Positions 1 through 33,700 of a stretch of 64,000 nucleotides of DNA are shown here, piece after piece. Each line of letters starts with the position of its first letter. Position 1 is the first letter of the stretch. The DNA is from Euglena gracilis (Eukaryota), in NCBI GenBank assembly GCA_039621445.1, contig CP154954.1:31954012-32018011 (forward strand). The letters run 5' to 3'. The notes under the pieces are model-generated. The model was not told the origin of the DNA. It made no database searches and saw only the letters and a program-made list of their open reading frames with translations. The translations under genes were made by a program, and so were the position numbers.

Positions 1-36
1 GGAAAAAAATTTGGGCAATTAGCGCCGCCTAAGTCT

Positions 37-352
37 GTGTTTTGTGTGTGCTGTGTGTGCGTATTGTGTGTGTTGTGTGTGTTGTGTGTGTTGTGCGTGT
101 GTTGTGTGTTGTGTGTTGTATGTGTGTTGTATGTGTGTTGTGTGTTGTGTGTGTGTTGTGTGTTGTGTGTTGTGTGTTGTGTGTGTGTTGTGTGTTGTGT
201 GTTGTGTGTTGTGTGTTGTGTGTTGTGTGTTGTGTGTTGTGTGTTGTGTGTGTGAAATCATGTGTGTGCGAACTCGTGTGTGCGTGTTTGCGTGCACAAA
301 TGTGGGTGTGCGTGTGGGTGTGTGCGTGTGCGAGTGTGGGTGTGCGTGGGTG
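37..352. repeat. TG-rich microsatellite/low-complexity tract
   Basis: (TGTGTGT)n/(TG)n-like tandem units. Confidence 0.95.
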
Positions 353-1397
353 GGCACCCAAATACAAAATTACAGACGTCCCAAAGCTTTAGAGCGCCTG
401 GCATTTTTTTCGGGCAAAAAGGCCCTCGGACTCAAATTCCATCTCCCTCCCCCTATGCCCAACGACCAATAATGCCTGTCCTCCGACTGGGGGGGGGATT
501 TTCTCAGAGGTTTTCAGCGTGGCGCAAAGCGCCAGGCTGAAAATTTTTGCCGCCCAAAATGGGCCATGAATTACATTTTGGGCACCTTTGGGCAAAGATT
601 GTCAGATTGTCAGAATTGTCAGATTTCGGCTTGCGCCAAAAGGAAAAGGTTGACCTTTTGGGGGGTCCGCGTACCCTCCCCCAATCTCTTTCTGTTTTTA
701 GACCCCTGTCCAACCGGAGCCTTCCGATCGGGGGGGGGGGGTTGCAGTCGTCTGACGTAGGGGGAGGCCGTTGGGCATGGGGAGGGGAACGTGAAACCAC
801 AAAAAATGTCAATTTAAGAATTCAAAAGATAATTTGAGCCAGCCCATAGAGTGAAATAAGTACACATACACAATTAGTATGCACAATGTGTAAGATGTTT
901 ATGAGTATAAAAGCTTATAATTATACATACATAAAAATTCAACAAAACAATAAATTCACAACAGAAATATTCGCTTACATGTGTGCGGTTTGTGAATATT
1001 ACAACCACCAAGAAACCTGGTGACAAATCACCTCCTCCCCCCTTGTCCAACGATCAATGATGTCCATCTCCAACTGGGGAGGGGGGTGGTTGTAAGACAA
1101 AGGGGGTGGACCCAAGGTTCACCAAAAATTGGTAGCAGATGGGGTATGTGGCCGTTTTGGACCATTTTTACCGATTCATCTGATAATTTTCTTGGCCACT
1201 TTTTAGCTATTTTTTTGGCTGCTGTTTGGTCATTTTTGGCCATTTTTGGCCATTTTTTTTTGTGTCATTATTGACCGTTTTCGGCCATTTTGTGGCCAAC
1301 TCTTAGTACCCCGGACCGCATTGCCACCAACTGCTTTCCAAGACCAACAACAACACCGGCAGCCACAGGACGCCCCCCTCCCCCGGTGGCCACACAC

Positions 1398-21889
<20,492 letters not shown>

Positions 21890-21900
21890 GGCGGACGGCC

Positions 21901-21930
21901 CTGGGGGTGGGGGGTGAGGGGTGAGGGAGG
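21901..21930 (-). promoter_or_regulatory. Pyrimidine tract + AG 11 nt upstream of ATG; candidate SL trans-splice acceptor
   Basis: cctccctcacccctcaccccccacccccAG on the minus strand. Confidence 0.55.
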
Positions 21931-23014
21931 GGGTCCAGGCAAATCGCTGTCATTGCCACCGTGGTTGACCACAACCATAACCATAACCAGAGGAGCCGTC
22001 TTATTTGATGGCTCTTCATCAGGAGGTGCCCTCACACTTCGGGAGAACCGTTGGTTGTTTGGCATGATGAATGGTTTCATATATAGAAATGCCCAATTCT
22101 GTTTGCTTCGGTCAGATTTGCAGTCATATTCACAATCCCTGCAATTGGACCACATGTTTAACCATGCTGCCATGGTCTTTGTTCCAATGAAAGGCTAAAG
22201 AAGCAGTTGCAGAAGAATATGTCTACCTTTACACGTACATATACGTATATCCATCCTGCCCACATACAAACATGGTCCCCCTGAAATTGGCAAATGCATA
22301 TCGAGAAAAAAGAACGAACAAATATCGAAAAAACGCAACAGAACACATCCAACAAGACAACAAAAAAAACTTGATGATGCCATAATGACAAATAGATAAT
22401 GTTTTGTCAGCAGGCTTTAACTGGGGGGGCAGAAGCTAAACGAGGGGTTTCGGACCCCCGAAAACCGAAAAATTACGTCAAAGCCCATCAGCTTGCGTTG
22501 AAAAAAAATGGACCCCCTCTCGTTTAAATACTGGGCCCTCCCACCTGGGGGAAAGGGGGGCAGTAATTAAAATCTGCCTAATATACACATATGTGCTCCT
22601 AATATAGATAAACATACCCATATATAGCCGCTTCACTCTTAATGACTCCCGGGGGGGGAGATCAGGAGTGGGGGGGGGTTGAATGGAGTGACCCAGGTCC
22701 GAATTTCTGACTTTTCGGATCAGAGGAGGGCGGTGCATATGACCCCTCCCGGGGGGGGGGGTCCAGCTCAGAGGCGAGAAAATTCGGGCTGGCTGGAAAA
22801 AGGCTGCTGGCTGACCCCCTCCCCATTAAGGGGTCCCGGGCTGGAGCTGGGCCCGACCTGGAGTCGAACCGGGTACCAAAAAATTGAAGTTGCAAAACTG
22901 TCCAAAAAACTACCAATTATGCAAAAACCAATCCTTTGACACCAAAAATGTCCTTGACAGCTCTTATCCCGACCATTCTTGACCCATTCTTGCCCATTTT
23001 TGGACCATTTTTGT

Positions 23015-23190
23015 ACCCCCCCCCCTGGGCCATGATTGAAGGTAAGCCCAGGGGGCCAACCTTATGGGGGACAAGTTTGCATGTTAAGAATTTTGGCGTT
23101 CATGTACAAACGGCCTAAGGCCAACTTTAGGGGAGACACGTTTGCATGTAAGGAGGAGGGCGGCCAAACGCCCAGGGGGGGGGTACCCCC
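23015..23190 (+). mobile_element. Short dispersed repeat family L; copies ~28105-28230, ~29575-29680, ~31360-31580, ~48360-48540
   Basis: shared ATGATTGAAGGTAAG..GGGGGCCAA..CAAGTTTGCATGT blocks. Confidence 0.75.
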
Positions 23191-26100
23191 AAAAGAGAAA
23201 AATCCATTTCTATTTCTAGCCGCCCGAAGGGTGGCTGGAAATAAATAAATCTCGATGGTGGTGGGGTCCCAGGCTGGAAAAAGGTTCCTGGCTGGAAAAA
23301 GGAATGGGGTCGGGGTTAGGACCGTCGCGCCGAAAACAAGCCAATTTTAGGGACCATATTAGGCCGGAAGTTAAGTCCAACCTGGGAAGATTTTCGAAAA
23401 CACTTTTTACTGAAAACATGCTCGAATTCGACCTAAATTCGGCTGAAATTGATATGGAATGTGGCCTAACTTCTGTCTAAATTCCTAAAAAGTGTATAAC
23501 CCTGGGATTCCGGTTGGAACCCTAACCCTATCCCAATCCATAACCACGGCTTTCCCGGAAAATCGGACCCAGGTCACTCCATACGACCCCCCTTCCATTA
23601 AGAGAAGAATATATCTGCATGATATCCATCACATAAACTATATCACGCATACAATATATAATATCATAAAATAATTCTTACCTTCCCAAAACAGGTAAAA
23701 AAGGGAAAGGGGTCAACCATCAAGTCCAATCACTCATTTCAGTTCGAAGGAATACCAAATCTCTGAAAAGGGGGCCAGGTGTGGGTGCAAATGTGGCCAC
23801 AAAACAAACTGCATATTGCCAGATCCTTCAGACACCTTCAAATCAAACAACTTAGGCATTGTGCCAAAGAGTCCCACTGGGAGAACAGGAAAAAAAAACA
23901 CAATATATCGTGTCCCACCTTTCCCCACCAAAAGCACTACAAACAGCTAGAACAGCAGAAAATAGAACAGCAGAAAAATCAACAAAAAATACTTCATTTT
24001 GAACGTGTTTTCCCCTTCACAATGAGAAAACTGTGTATCACGTGGAGGTCTTCCAAGCCCAAATGACAACCCCTGAGAAAGGTGGAGGGGGGGTAATTGG
24101 ATCAGTGAGTTCATTCGTAATGCAGCTTTTCTTCAGTTTTGAATTCAACTCTTCAGTTCTTTTGCTGCAGCCATTCTCCCTCGTCGCTTCCAGACAGGAT
24201 AAATTCCCTTCAACATAAACGAGCACAGATTCCATCCTCGGGGGGGGGGGGGCACAAATGCCCCTCAGGGGTTCAATGTTCGCGGACAGCGAGGCCAAAG
24301 AGAAATCCGGGGAACGAACGCCACAAAGAAGCCACCGCACGGTATGCCCTGCTACCTGATACCGGTGAGGAGCGCAGGGGGGGGGGGGAGGGCAAGGTCA
24401 CGACGTGGGGGGAGGGGTCGCCTGCAGCAGGTACCCCTGGACGGGGTCGCAAGACCTGGGCCAGGCCGCCACCGTGCCTGCCTGACGGTGCGCCTGGTGC
24501 TGCAGACCGGTAGCATTGGCGGCGAAAGTGGAACAGCCAGCCACACAGCTTGCCTTGCGGATCGAAACAGACTCCATTGTGGCATACTTTTGTTAACTCT
24601 CTCAAGCCATTCATCAATCAGGATAGTTAAATATGTCAAATACTTGAAATCCCAGGAAAATGTGAAGAAAAAGAAAGTCAAAGCAAACCAGAAGCCGGCA
24701 AACCTGGGAAACAGCTAAAACCTGCGAAATGGGGGGAGATAGAAATGAAACATCTCGTCACCTCCTATTACACACCTCCAATCCCCCCTTGAAAAATGAA
24801 CAAATAGACAAATGAAATAAGTTTCAAGCAACATTTTGTTCAGATGCAGGCGACGGGCTGTCACAGGTGGCGGGAGAGATCCACCCTCCGCGGCGCTGAC
24901 GGCGGCGAGGCAACTCAGGGAGGGCCTCCCGGTCGAAAGCCGCGGAGGGGACCAGAGATTCATATGGGTGATGCCCTCAGCGGGGAAGGGGCAGTTCCAC
25001 AAGGCAGGCCACCTGCCACCTTCCCACACCCATCCACTCCACCAAAAGCCACCCAAAGTTTTTAAAACCTGGATCATCACTCCCCCCCCCCCCCTGGGCG
25101 GGTCTCCCCAACAAAACTCGAACCAACCCGCCCACGTGCAAACCTTGGGAAAAAAATTAGGCTGACCCCAGATAGCCAAGATGAGTGAACTGGGGACAAA
25201 AAGGCCAACCCCCCCTTGGGAAACGTCCCAGGTGAATGTAAAGGACGAAACTTCCGAGCTGAGGCAGTCGGCGAAGGGCGAGTGGAAATGGGCGGGAGGC
25301 CTTTGGCCAGGCGGAGAGTGGCGCCCACGCCTGTATGAGTCATGTGCCAGCGGTTTGGAACGGGTGTGTTGTGGGGCCGCCCGCCAGCGCAACGCAACGG
25401 TTGCGACGTCCCCCAACGGGTTGCAATGACTTCACCAATTGTGAAGCTGAGTTGCAAGAAGTGTTTCAACTTTGCGCAAAGAACCACCGACACATCATTC
25501 GGGCATTCACCTCGCAGGGCATTCTCGGCCTTTCTCCATCAAGTTCGACGGAAAGCGGTTGGCAGTGATGTCCCTCATGAGGTTTTTGGTAATTTTTCAG
25601 GGAAAATTTTCACCATCTCCGGCGCTTCGCGCCGTAAGGGGGGGGTCTTATTTTTGGATTTTTGTTCGATCGGCCCAGGGGGGGGGTATTTTTTGGGGGG
25701 TCCTATTTGGGGGGCGGGTTAGATAAGGTATATGGTGACAATCTGGACGGTCCGAACACCCCCTGTTCATCGGGCAAGGCATTTATTGGGCTTGGGGGGG
25801 AAAACGGTGTGGGGAATCACCGCTGGCTGCTGATTGGACCACCCTGGATTGCGTGGGGGGGAGGCAGCCAGCCAGTGGGACTCTCCCCCCTTATTTTAGG
25901 AAATACAAGAATCCACCACTCAACCAACGCTTCCCATCATGGTCCCCTCTGGCGGGGTCTGGTCGCTGGGGACAAAATCTGTAGGGGGAAAGCCCGGGAA
26001 AACATTGTGAATTAGTTGTCCCCCCTTGTCCAAGGCACAATATGTATTTGCTACCCCCTCCCGCGTCAAGCACACCTTTCTGGGACGCCAACTGGCATTC

Positions 26101-27359
26101 GTTGTTGAAGGACAGTCTCATGTAGCGAATCGTTGAACCACTCCATGCCCTTTTTCAACATTGCATTTCCCATTTTATTTTCTGTTTTTCTGCTTGCTAC
26201 TCATGTTATGTCATTCTTAAAAAAAGCGTTGTTTCAAAAGAAGCATGGTTTTCTAACACATTATCTGTTCAGCATTTCCCCGAGCAAACATACAGACATT
26301 GCTTTTAACAACTCACTGTGACTGGGTTGACCTCCAGCTCGTTTTGGGTGTGACAGAAAATGACCCAGGCACGCGGCCGTCCCATCCATACATCCGCCGG
26401 TCAGGTCTCGACCCATCGGTATCGCAGCAACCCTGCCCACAAGAGACCCAGTGTGGAAAGCACCTCATTGGCGGTGCCAATCAAGACCTGACACTGTGGG
26501 ATAGGCCAGAAGGCTGGGGAAACAAATCGGAGGTGCTCAATGAGCCCTAAGCCCCAACAAGAGATTTTTTTAAGGCCAAGGGGGGGAGGGGAGTCCCAAC
26601 CCACCCAGCCAGGGGGTACACCCGGGGAGGGGAACCATTTTTTGGGGGGTCACTTTTAGGGTCAAAAAAAAAAAAAAGCGGCAATGGCCCAAACCCCCGC
26701 CTCTGGAAGGGGCCCACAAGGCCCTTGGAGTACCCCCCAGGCGGTGAAAGGCGGTGAGAGGCGTCAGGCCGGGAGATTGTCTGGCAAACCCACCCACCTT
26801 ATCCCCTCCCCACCGGGGTCCAACCTTTAAAAAAACCCCTGGTCTGGACCCCCTGTTGTAAAAAGAAAATCTAATGAGAAACAAAAAAATGGGGGATTCA
26901 AAAAAGGAATTTCTTCCTCCTTTTTATTTATAATTTTTTGGGGGAAATTTATAATTAAAAAGGAGGAAGAAATAAAAAAAAAAGGTATCCCAATTTCGGC
27001 CCAACCCAGCCAAGGCAACCCCCCCAATGGGGATGTTGCTAATCCAGCTTGCCAGCCCCAGGCTGAATTTCAAGGTGAGGTCAACCCCACCCGGGGGGGG
27101 GGGGTACCTGCCTGGGCAGGCATTCAAAGGCACCCAGACCCAACCTCCTGGGGGTAAACCCCCCCAAAAAAACCCGGGTCTTATTTTTCGGGTCTGTTGC
27201 TGCAAACCTCCAGGGGGGTCTTATTTTGGGGGCTCCTATTTTTGAATTGGGGCCTGAAATTTTTCCAGGTTCCTAAAAAACATCAAAAAATATCCTTTGG
27301 CACTTCACGTCATGTGTATATTGGTATAAATTGACATTTACCCGCCCCCCCCCTTGTCG

Positions 27360-27600
27360 TACGACCGGGTTCCTGCAACCTGTGACCGGGGGGGGGGTAG
27401 TCGTAACACCCCATAACCTGCAACCTGTGACCGGGGGGTGGTCATAAATGAGGGGGCGGTCGTAGGTAAGGTGGTGTTAAATTTTTCGCAACCTGCAACC
27501 TGTGACCGGGGTGTGTGGTCGTAACACCCCCATGACCTGCAACCTGTGACCGGGGGGGGTGGTCGTAAATGAGGGGTGGTCGTACGACTAGGGGGGTGGG
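27360..27600. repeat. Minisatellite with CCTGCAACCTGTGACCGGGG core (4 copies)
   Basis: seen directly. Confidence 0.85.
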
Positions 27601-28232
27601 GGGCGGGTACCACGTTTTTTTTGCACTTCAAAAATCTGAAAATCTTACAAATTTCATCTTTTTTGTGTCTGAAATTGGGGTTTTCGATATGTTTTCTGGT
27701 AAATTTTTCACCATCCCGGCGCTTCGCGCCCTCAAGGGGGGGGGTAGCACATCGGCCAAGGCGCCTTTGGGGCCGAAGGCGTCTGAAGCCCAGAAAGACC
27801 ATTTTCATAAAACTTAAAGAAAAGAACCTCCCAAATGCGGGCCGACACAGCCTGCGAGCAGGTTGGCAAGCAATGCCAACCAGCGCAAGCCTACGCACCG
27901 TGAGGGGCGAGGGAGGGGGGACAGGACGCTGCACAAGGCACTGCAGAGCTACAGGAGGGGCCAACATGGGCGACACGGTGGAACCCCCACGGCATTGCAG
28001 CCTGGAGGGGGCCGGGGGCACACACCTAAGTACGCCCTTTGGCCACTTCCACAAAAAAAAATATCTCGACCAAACCTGGGTTGCTCTCCAAAACCAATGC
28101 TATACCCCCCCCCCCCCGTGGCGCTTGGCCCGGGCCATGATTGAAAGGAAGCCCGGGGGGCCAACCTTGGGGGGCCAAGTTTGCATGCTAAGAGCGTGAA
28201 GGGGCCAACGACACCAACGTCGGAGGGGGTGT

Positions 28233-28480
28233 TCAGGGTCCCCCCAACCGGCGCTGCGCAGCTAAGGTGGAAATGAGGTTTTTAAAAACGTCCAAACATG
28301 GACATTTTTGGCCATTTTGGGGCGCCGGTCACTGGAAAAACTTCCCTAACTTTCCCTCCCTAACTAGCCCTGCCAAGCAGATTCCCCCGGGGGACCTAGA
28401 ATTCCCACTAACCAAATTTGGACCAGCTGCAATCCAGCCCTCCCCCCGGGGAGGTGCTGCGAACCCTTAAGCAAAGGCCA
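28233..28480 (+). mobile_element. Degenerate, internally deleted family A MITE
   Basis: GAAATGAGGTTTTTAA, GGCGCCGGTCACTGGAAAAA and CCCTTAAGCAAA blocks. Confidence 0.7.
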
Positions 28481-30146
28481 GCCCCACACCCATAATGCAG
28501 CGACCCGCATTTTTTTTTGCAAAAAGCCGGCCACCGAAGGCGACCGAAAGGTTTCTTTCGGCTTGGAAAGAGTTTTGTCCGTCGAATCTTGGACTCCTGG
28601 CCGCCATCAGCCTAGGATATCAGGCAGTATTGGCCATTTTGGACCTCCCCCCCTCCCGTGGTGAGGCTCACTGTTTGGAACTTCATTGGGGGTTCCTGGA
28701 CACCTTCCCTCCCTCACATAACCAATGGTGAACTTCACCGGTGAAGCTCACCACAAGCATCACAAACATCGATTTTTCGAAAATATCTCGAGAAAACGTA
28801 CATTATTTCTGGAAGTGTCGGTCTGACAAAATGTCCAAAACGATGCCCAAAACGATGTTTTTAGGCCTCCCGGACCTGGAAAAACTGCTTTTAAGCGGGT
28901 GAAAAACGCTCATTTTCCGGCCCAAAAAACATCCTTTCGGCCAAAAAAAAATTTCAATTGTTTTCGACCTTTTTTGACCCATTTTTTTGACCCAAACTCC
29001 ATAGGTTTCGGGCCAAAAATGGGTGCTGGGGGTTCAAAAAACGCTCATTTTCACGCCAGCACCCCGGTTTTGGCCCGAAACTCGTGGATTTGGGTAATTT
29101 TTGGGTCAAAAAAAGTCAAGAAACATCGAAAAAAAATTGCCCGAAACCGTAACTAACAGTAATTTTTATGCAAATTACAAAAATTTTTCCAGCTTTTTTG
29201 ACCAAAAACCTTTCGGGCCAAAAACGGGGCTCTGGAGGGTCAAAAAAAAAACTGTTTACAGGTGTATTTTATAAATCATAAATTATGTGAAATTGGCAAT
29301 GGTAATTTTTTTCGGCGGTACGTTGCGCGCAAGTCCCATTAAGAGTCAGCACTATTCAAAACCTGGTTTATAAGTCAAGGAATCGTTGGTGAAAATCCGA
29401 CCAAAATGACCCCGAAACCCCCAACGTGACAATTTTTGGAAAATTTGGTCAAAAAAGGCATTTTTGATGTTGGTCAGTCTCATAAAATTGCCAAAAAATC
29501 AGTATTTGTGTTTACAAACGTCGTCCCGGCGGCTTTCTGGAAAGAAATTTTACTAAAGGCCAGGATTGAAAGTTTACAGAAAAGGCCAACTTTAGGGGTT
29601 AAGTAAGTAAGTAAGTTTAGGGGGTAAGTTTGCATGTTAAGAAGTGGGGGGGGGCAAGCGCCCGGGGGGGGGGTATCAAACGTGCATAAATCTTTAACAT
29701 TTCATCAGAAGGGAACACGTATCGACGGAAGCAGGGATATACTCACGTTCAAAAATCCTACCTGGGAGGAAGTCCTGACAGAAGACCTTCTGCTGCGAAT
29801 ATTGTAACCCCCTCCAATTATCCCAAGTGTTCCCAAGTCTGCCAAAAAGCACGATTTCAGGAGAGAATTTGTCAAAAAAAATTTCCTTCCGTCGCTTCGC
29901 GCCGGAGAGGGGGTTTTATATTCGGGCGGGATTTCAAGGTCTTCAGGGGGGTTTTATATTTGGGGGGATTTTAAATTGGGGGGGGGGTCAATATACAACC
30001 CCGGGGGGGGGGGGGGGGGGTCGGTTTGGGTCCCAGTGCAGGCCAACAATCAAATTGTCCTTAGGGTGGCACCTGCCAGGCATAGTCGGAGTCCATATCC
30101 AAGGTTTCAGACCCCTCCCTGCGAGAAACTGGGGTGTTCTCCTCTA

Positions 30147-30764
30147 CAGGGGGGAGGAAATTGGGCATAGATAGAATTGGTTCGGACAAAATTGGTTGGC
30201 CAAAAATCGCCCAAATATTTCTGGATGAAAATAAGAAAGGTGCCCAACTTTTTCCGAACAATTTTAAGAAGAAAATTTGGGGTTTTTTTCAAGGCAAAGC
30301 TGGCTTGGATGGTTTGCGCTGTGATGCGGTGTGGTTTGCCATGAACGTTTGTTTTTCCCCCTTGTCCCCCACCTCCTTCCTTCTGTGCCTAGCAAGAAAC
30401 AAAAGAACGCATCGACATTTGTTGGGGATTGTGTCACTCCATTTTGTTGCGATTTGAGATTCATTGAATCGTTCATCTGTGAGTTCATCTTTTTTAAATG
30501 ATTGGCAGGGTCAACCTGTTTTGTGTTATAATCAATGAGGTCACCATTGTACTGATGGTTCAGTGGTGGAACGTCTGCGTGTGGGTTTGATGATCATGGG
30601 TTTGGTTTTGACTCAGTTCAGAATTTTTATCGACCATTTTATCCCCATCATTTTGAAGAAGGTGCCCAAATATTTCTGGATCATTTCAACAAAAGTCCCC
30701 AATTTTTTGTGCTGCCAATTTTGTGGGAACCAATTTTATCTATGCCCAATCCCCCCCCCCCCTG
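30147..30764. mobile_element. Tc1/mariner-type MITE
   Basis: ~35-bp TIR CAGGGGGG..ATTGGGCATAGATA.AATTGGTTC; TA on both flanks. Confidence 0.85.
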
Positions 30765-33700
30765 TAATGAAGGTACCTTGAACCCAACTTACCCTGGCTA
30801 GCTTTGGGAGAAATGCTGAACACAACTTTTCCTGACGGCAATTTTGGCGGTCAATACGTGTTTTCAGATTTCGTGCCATTTTTGCCACTCATGACAACAA
30901 CAACTCCCGCGTATTACAATTAATCCAGGCAATAATTTCGTTTTCCCTTCCCACCCACCCCTTGTCCAAGACACAGCAACATTCCCGAAAGCGTCATTGA
31001 CACAACGGTTTGTCAACGACATGGTATGTCTTGGACAGGGGTGGGGGGGCATTTTGGGACCCCTGTGCCTCGGACATCATAACGTCATTTTGGGTCATTT
31101 TAGCCATAGGTGCCTGGCTGCTTCCACAATCAGAGGCGCATAGCGCTCGTCGGTGTTTCCACAGTAGCACAGCAGGATAAGACACAGACATTTATTACAG
31201 GGAGAAGAAAAAATCACCACCCTTCAGGGTCAGGCATCGCTTAGTGAATACCCTCGGTGGGTTCAGCTCAGGGACTGGAAAAATTCAGTGGCTGGGTGGA
31301 GAGGGGGGGCCAGGAAGAAAGGTTCCCCAACTGAAACTGGGCCCAGCGAGGGTCAAACTGCGAACCTCCCCCGGCGCTTTGGCCCGCCCGGGCCACGATT
31401 GAAGGCCCCCCCCCCCCCGGCGCTTGGCCCGGGACAGGATTGAAGGTAAGGCCAGGGGGCCAATTTATGGGAGCCAAGTTTGCATGTCAAGGCGGCCATG
31501 CGCAACAGACCGAAAGCCAACTTTAACGGGCCAAGTTTGCATGTGAGGAGGAGGGGGCCAAGCGCCCGAGGAGGGGGGGAGGGCAAAAAAATCAGGCAGT
31601 GCAAAAAATGCCCAAGGAACTGCAAACTGTGTAAAATATTGATATTTCGACACTTGAGCTGGGCGGCCCTGATCGATGGGGGGCTTCTGGGCCGCTCTGG
31701 CTGACCCTCCCATTCGGGATACCTTGGGTTCCAAGTGTTGGGATTTGGCTCGGAGCCCTACTGATGGTTGGGTTGGAAATTGAAAGCCGACGCTTCGAGG
31801 TAACGCCCCCCAAAACCATCCTTTGGCCCTGTTTGACCCTTGTTTCCAAAATTTTTGGCACAGCCAGCTGGCCGAGGAGTGGGCTCCTCCAGACTAAAAA
31901 GTCCCCTGTTGTACGCGTAAGGCAGTTGTTTGAGTCTGAGGCTGCTTATCATGCATCGCATTAGGGACTCTGGAGGGGGGATTGATGGGTTGGGGCTGGA
32001 AATTTGGACGGGCTAGCCCCCCCCCCCCCCGGAGGGGGCTGGATCCTGGTTGGGTCTGAGATGGCCAGGTTGGGCCGAAATCGGAAAAATATACCAAAAT
32101 GACCTGCGAACACGATCAGAAATGAGCATCTGACACTCCCAATAAAATGCCCAAAACGCTCAAAAAAAACCACTTTCGGCCATTTTTGAACATCCCCCCC
32201 CCCCAAAATTGGCGCTTCACGCCAAAAACCCTTGGGCTGGACCCAGCAAAAAAAGGGCTGGCTAACCTGCCCCCAAAATGAGACCCAGTTCTTATTTTTG
32301 GGTCTGTTGTTGGAAACAGGGGAAACAGGGGGACTTACTTATGGGGGGGGTCTGATTTTTTTTGACCCCCCAAAAAACCCAAAACATCATTTTCAGATTC
32401 TCTGAACACTAAAATTTTTCCTCCAGCGCTTCGTGCAATGTGTAAATTGGCACACATAGACATTTAGTATGTTGATTTGCACTTCAAAATCTTCAAATCT
32501 TCAAAATTTCATCATTTTTGTGTCTGAAATTGGGGCTTTTGGTAATTTTTCAGGGAAAAATTTATCCGTCCCAGTGCTTCAGGCGGGGTCTTTTTGGAGA
32601 GGTCTTTATTTTGGGTGGTCTTATTTTGGGGGTGTCCTTTTTTTTTGGGAGTCAGCAGGGCTAGCTCCGGGGAGGTCCACTGCATCTGGGCTGGGCCAAA
32701 ACTGGGGCTGGCTGCATCAGCCCTCCGAGGGGAATTGCAAAACTGTAAAGAGATGCATGTGCCCTATAATAATCTACCTCGACCACTGCCACTGCCACCG
32801 CTGCTGCTAAAAAGAGGCTGTGCTCAGTTGTCCCAGGAGCAATTAGCATAAAAGACACTCAATGGAGGGAGCAGAAGGGTCTAAATTTTCGAGGATCCAC
32901 ATTTGTTTGCCGCCCAAAGAGGAACGTGCACCTCCTGTCTTTCTGTCTGCAAAGGGGGGATATGCAACAAAGCCCCTCAAAACATGCCAGTATGCAGATG
33001 CACTTTTATGTTGGAGAGGACTTAAAGACTCTTTTCATCTCCTTCCGAAAAATTCAGTTTGCAACTTTACTGCATTTGGTGTGCAACACAGTGCATGTTT
33101 GGGACAATCAGACAATTATTCAGACTTTTCTCTAACAGAACACATAAAAGCATTAAAAAAAAAACAGTGTCTTGTACAATTTTTGGAAAAAATGCCAAAA
33201 AAGTCAAAAAATGCACAAAAAATGCACACCAAAAGAAGGTGTGGTGCACACTTGCAAAGTGACATGGTTGCTTTGCCCAGTTTGCACACACTGATCTTTC
33301 ATTTTGCAACGACTTTTTGTGTAATATTGGTCTAAAACCGTGTAGTTTGCAACTTCCATTTGTCTGGGAGTAGAGCAATTTGCCTGTATAATTGCCCCCC
33401 CCCCCGAAATCGGTAAGGTAAAATATGCAAAAATTGCAAAAAAACAACTTTTCACAAATGCTTTATTTTGTAAAAATGCAAACTTTTTAGATTTTGGAGT
33501 ATTGTGCAAAAAATATGCAAGGGATGCAACTTCATTTCCCTCCCCTGCTGTCCATCTGTTTCCATGTATAAAAGATGGCCACCAGTGGTTTGGGGAGGTA
33601 GATGGGGTATTAGCAAACCAACATTCGGCTTGCTTCCAAAGTTTGCCCAAACCAAGAAGGGGCCAACACGCAAAGGATGATTTGCACACAGGTTTGCTCA

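Noticed and set aside
27360-27600. CRISPR-like spaced direct repeats
   Set aside because: Spacers resemble each other, there are no cas genes, and the context is a eukaryotic minisatellite
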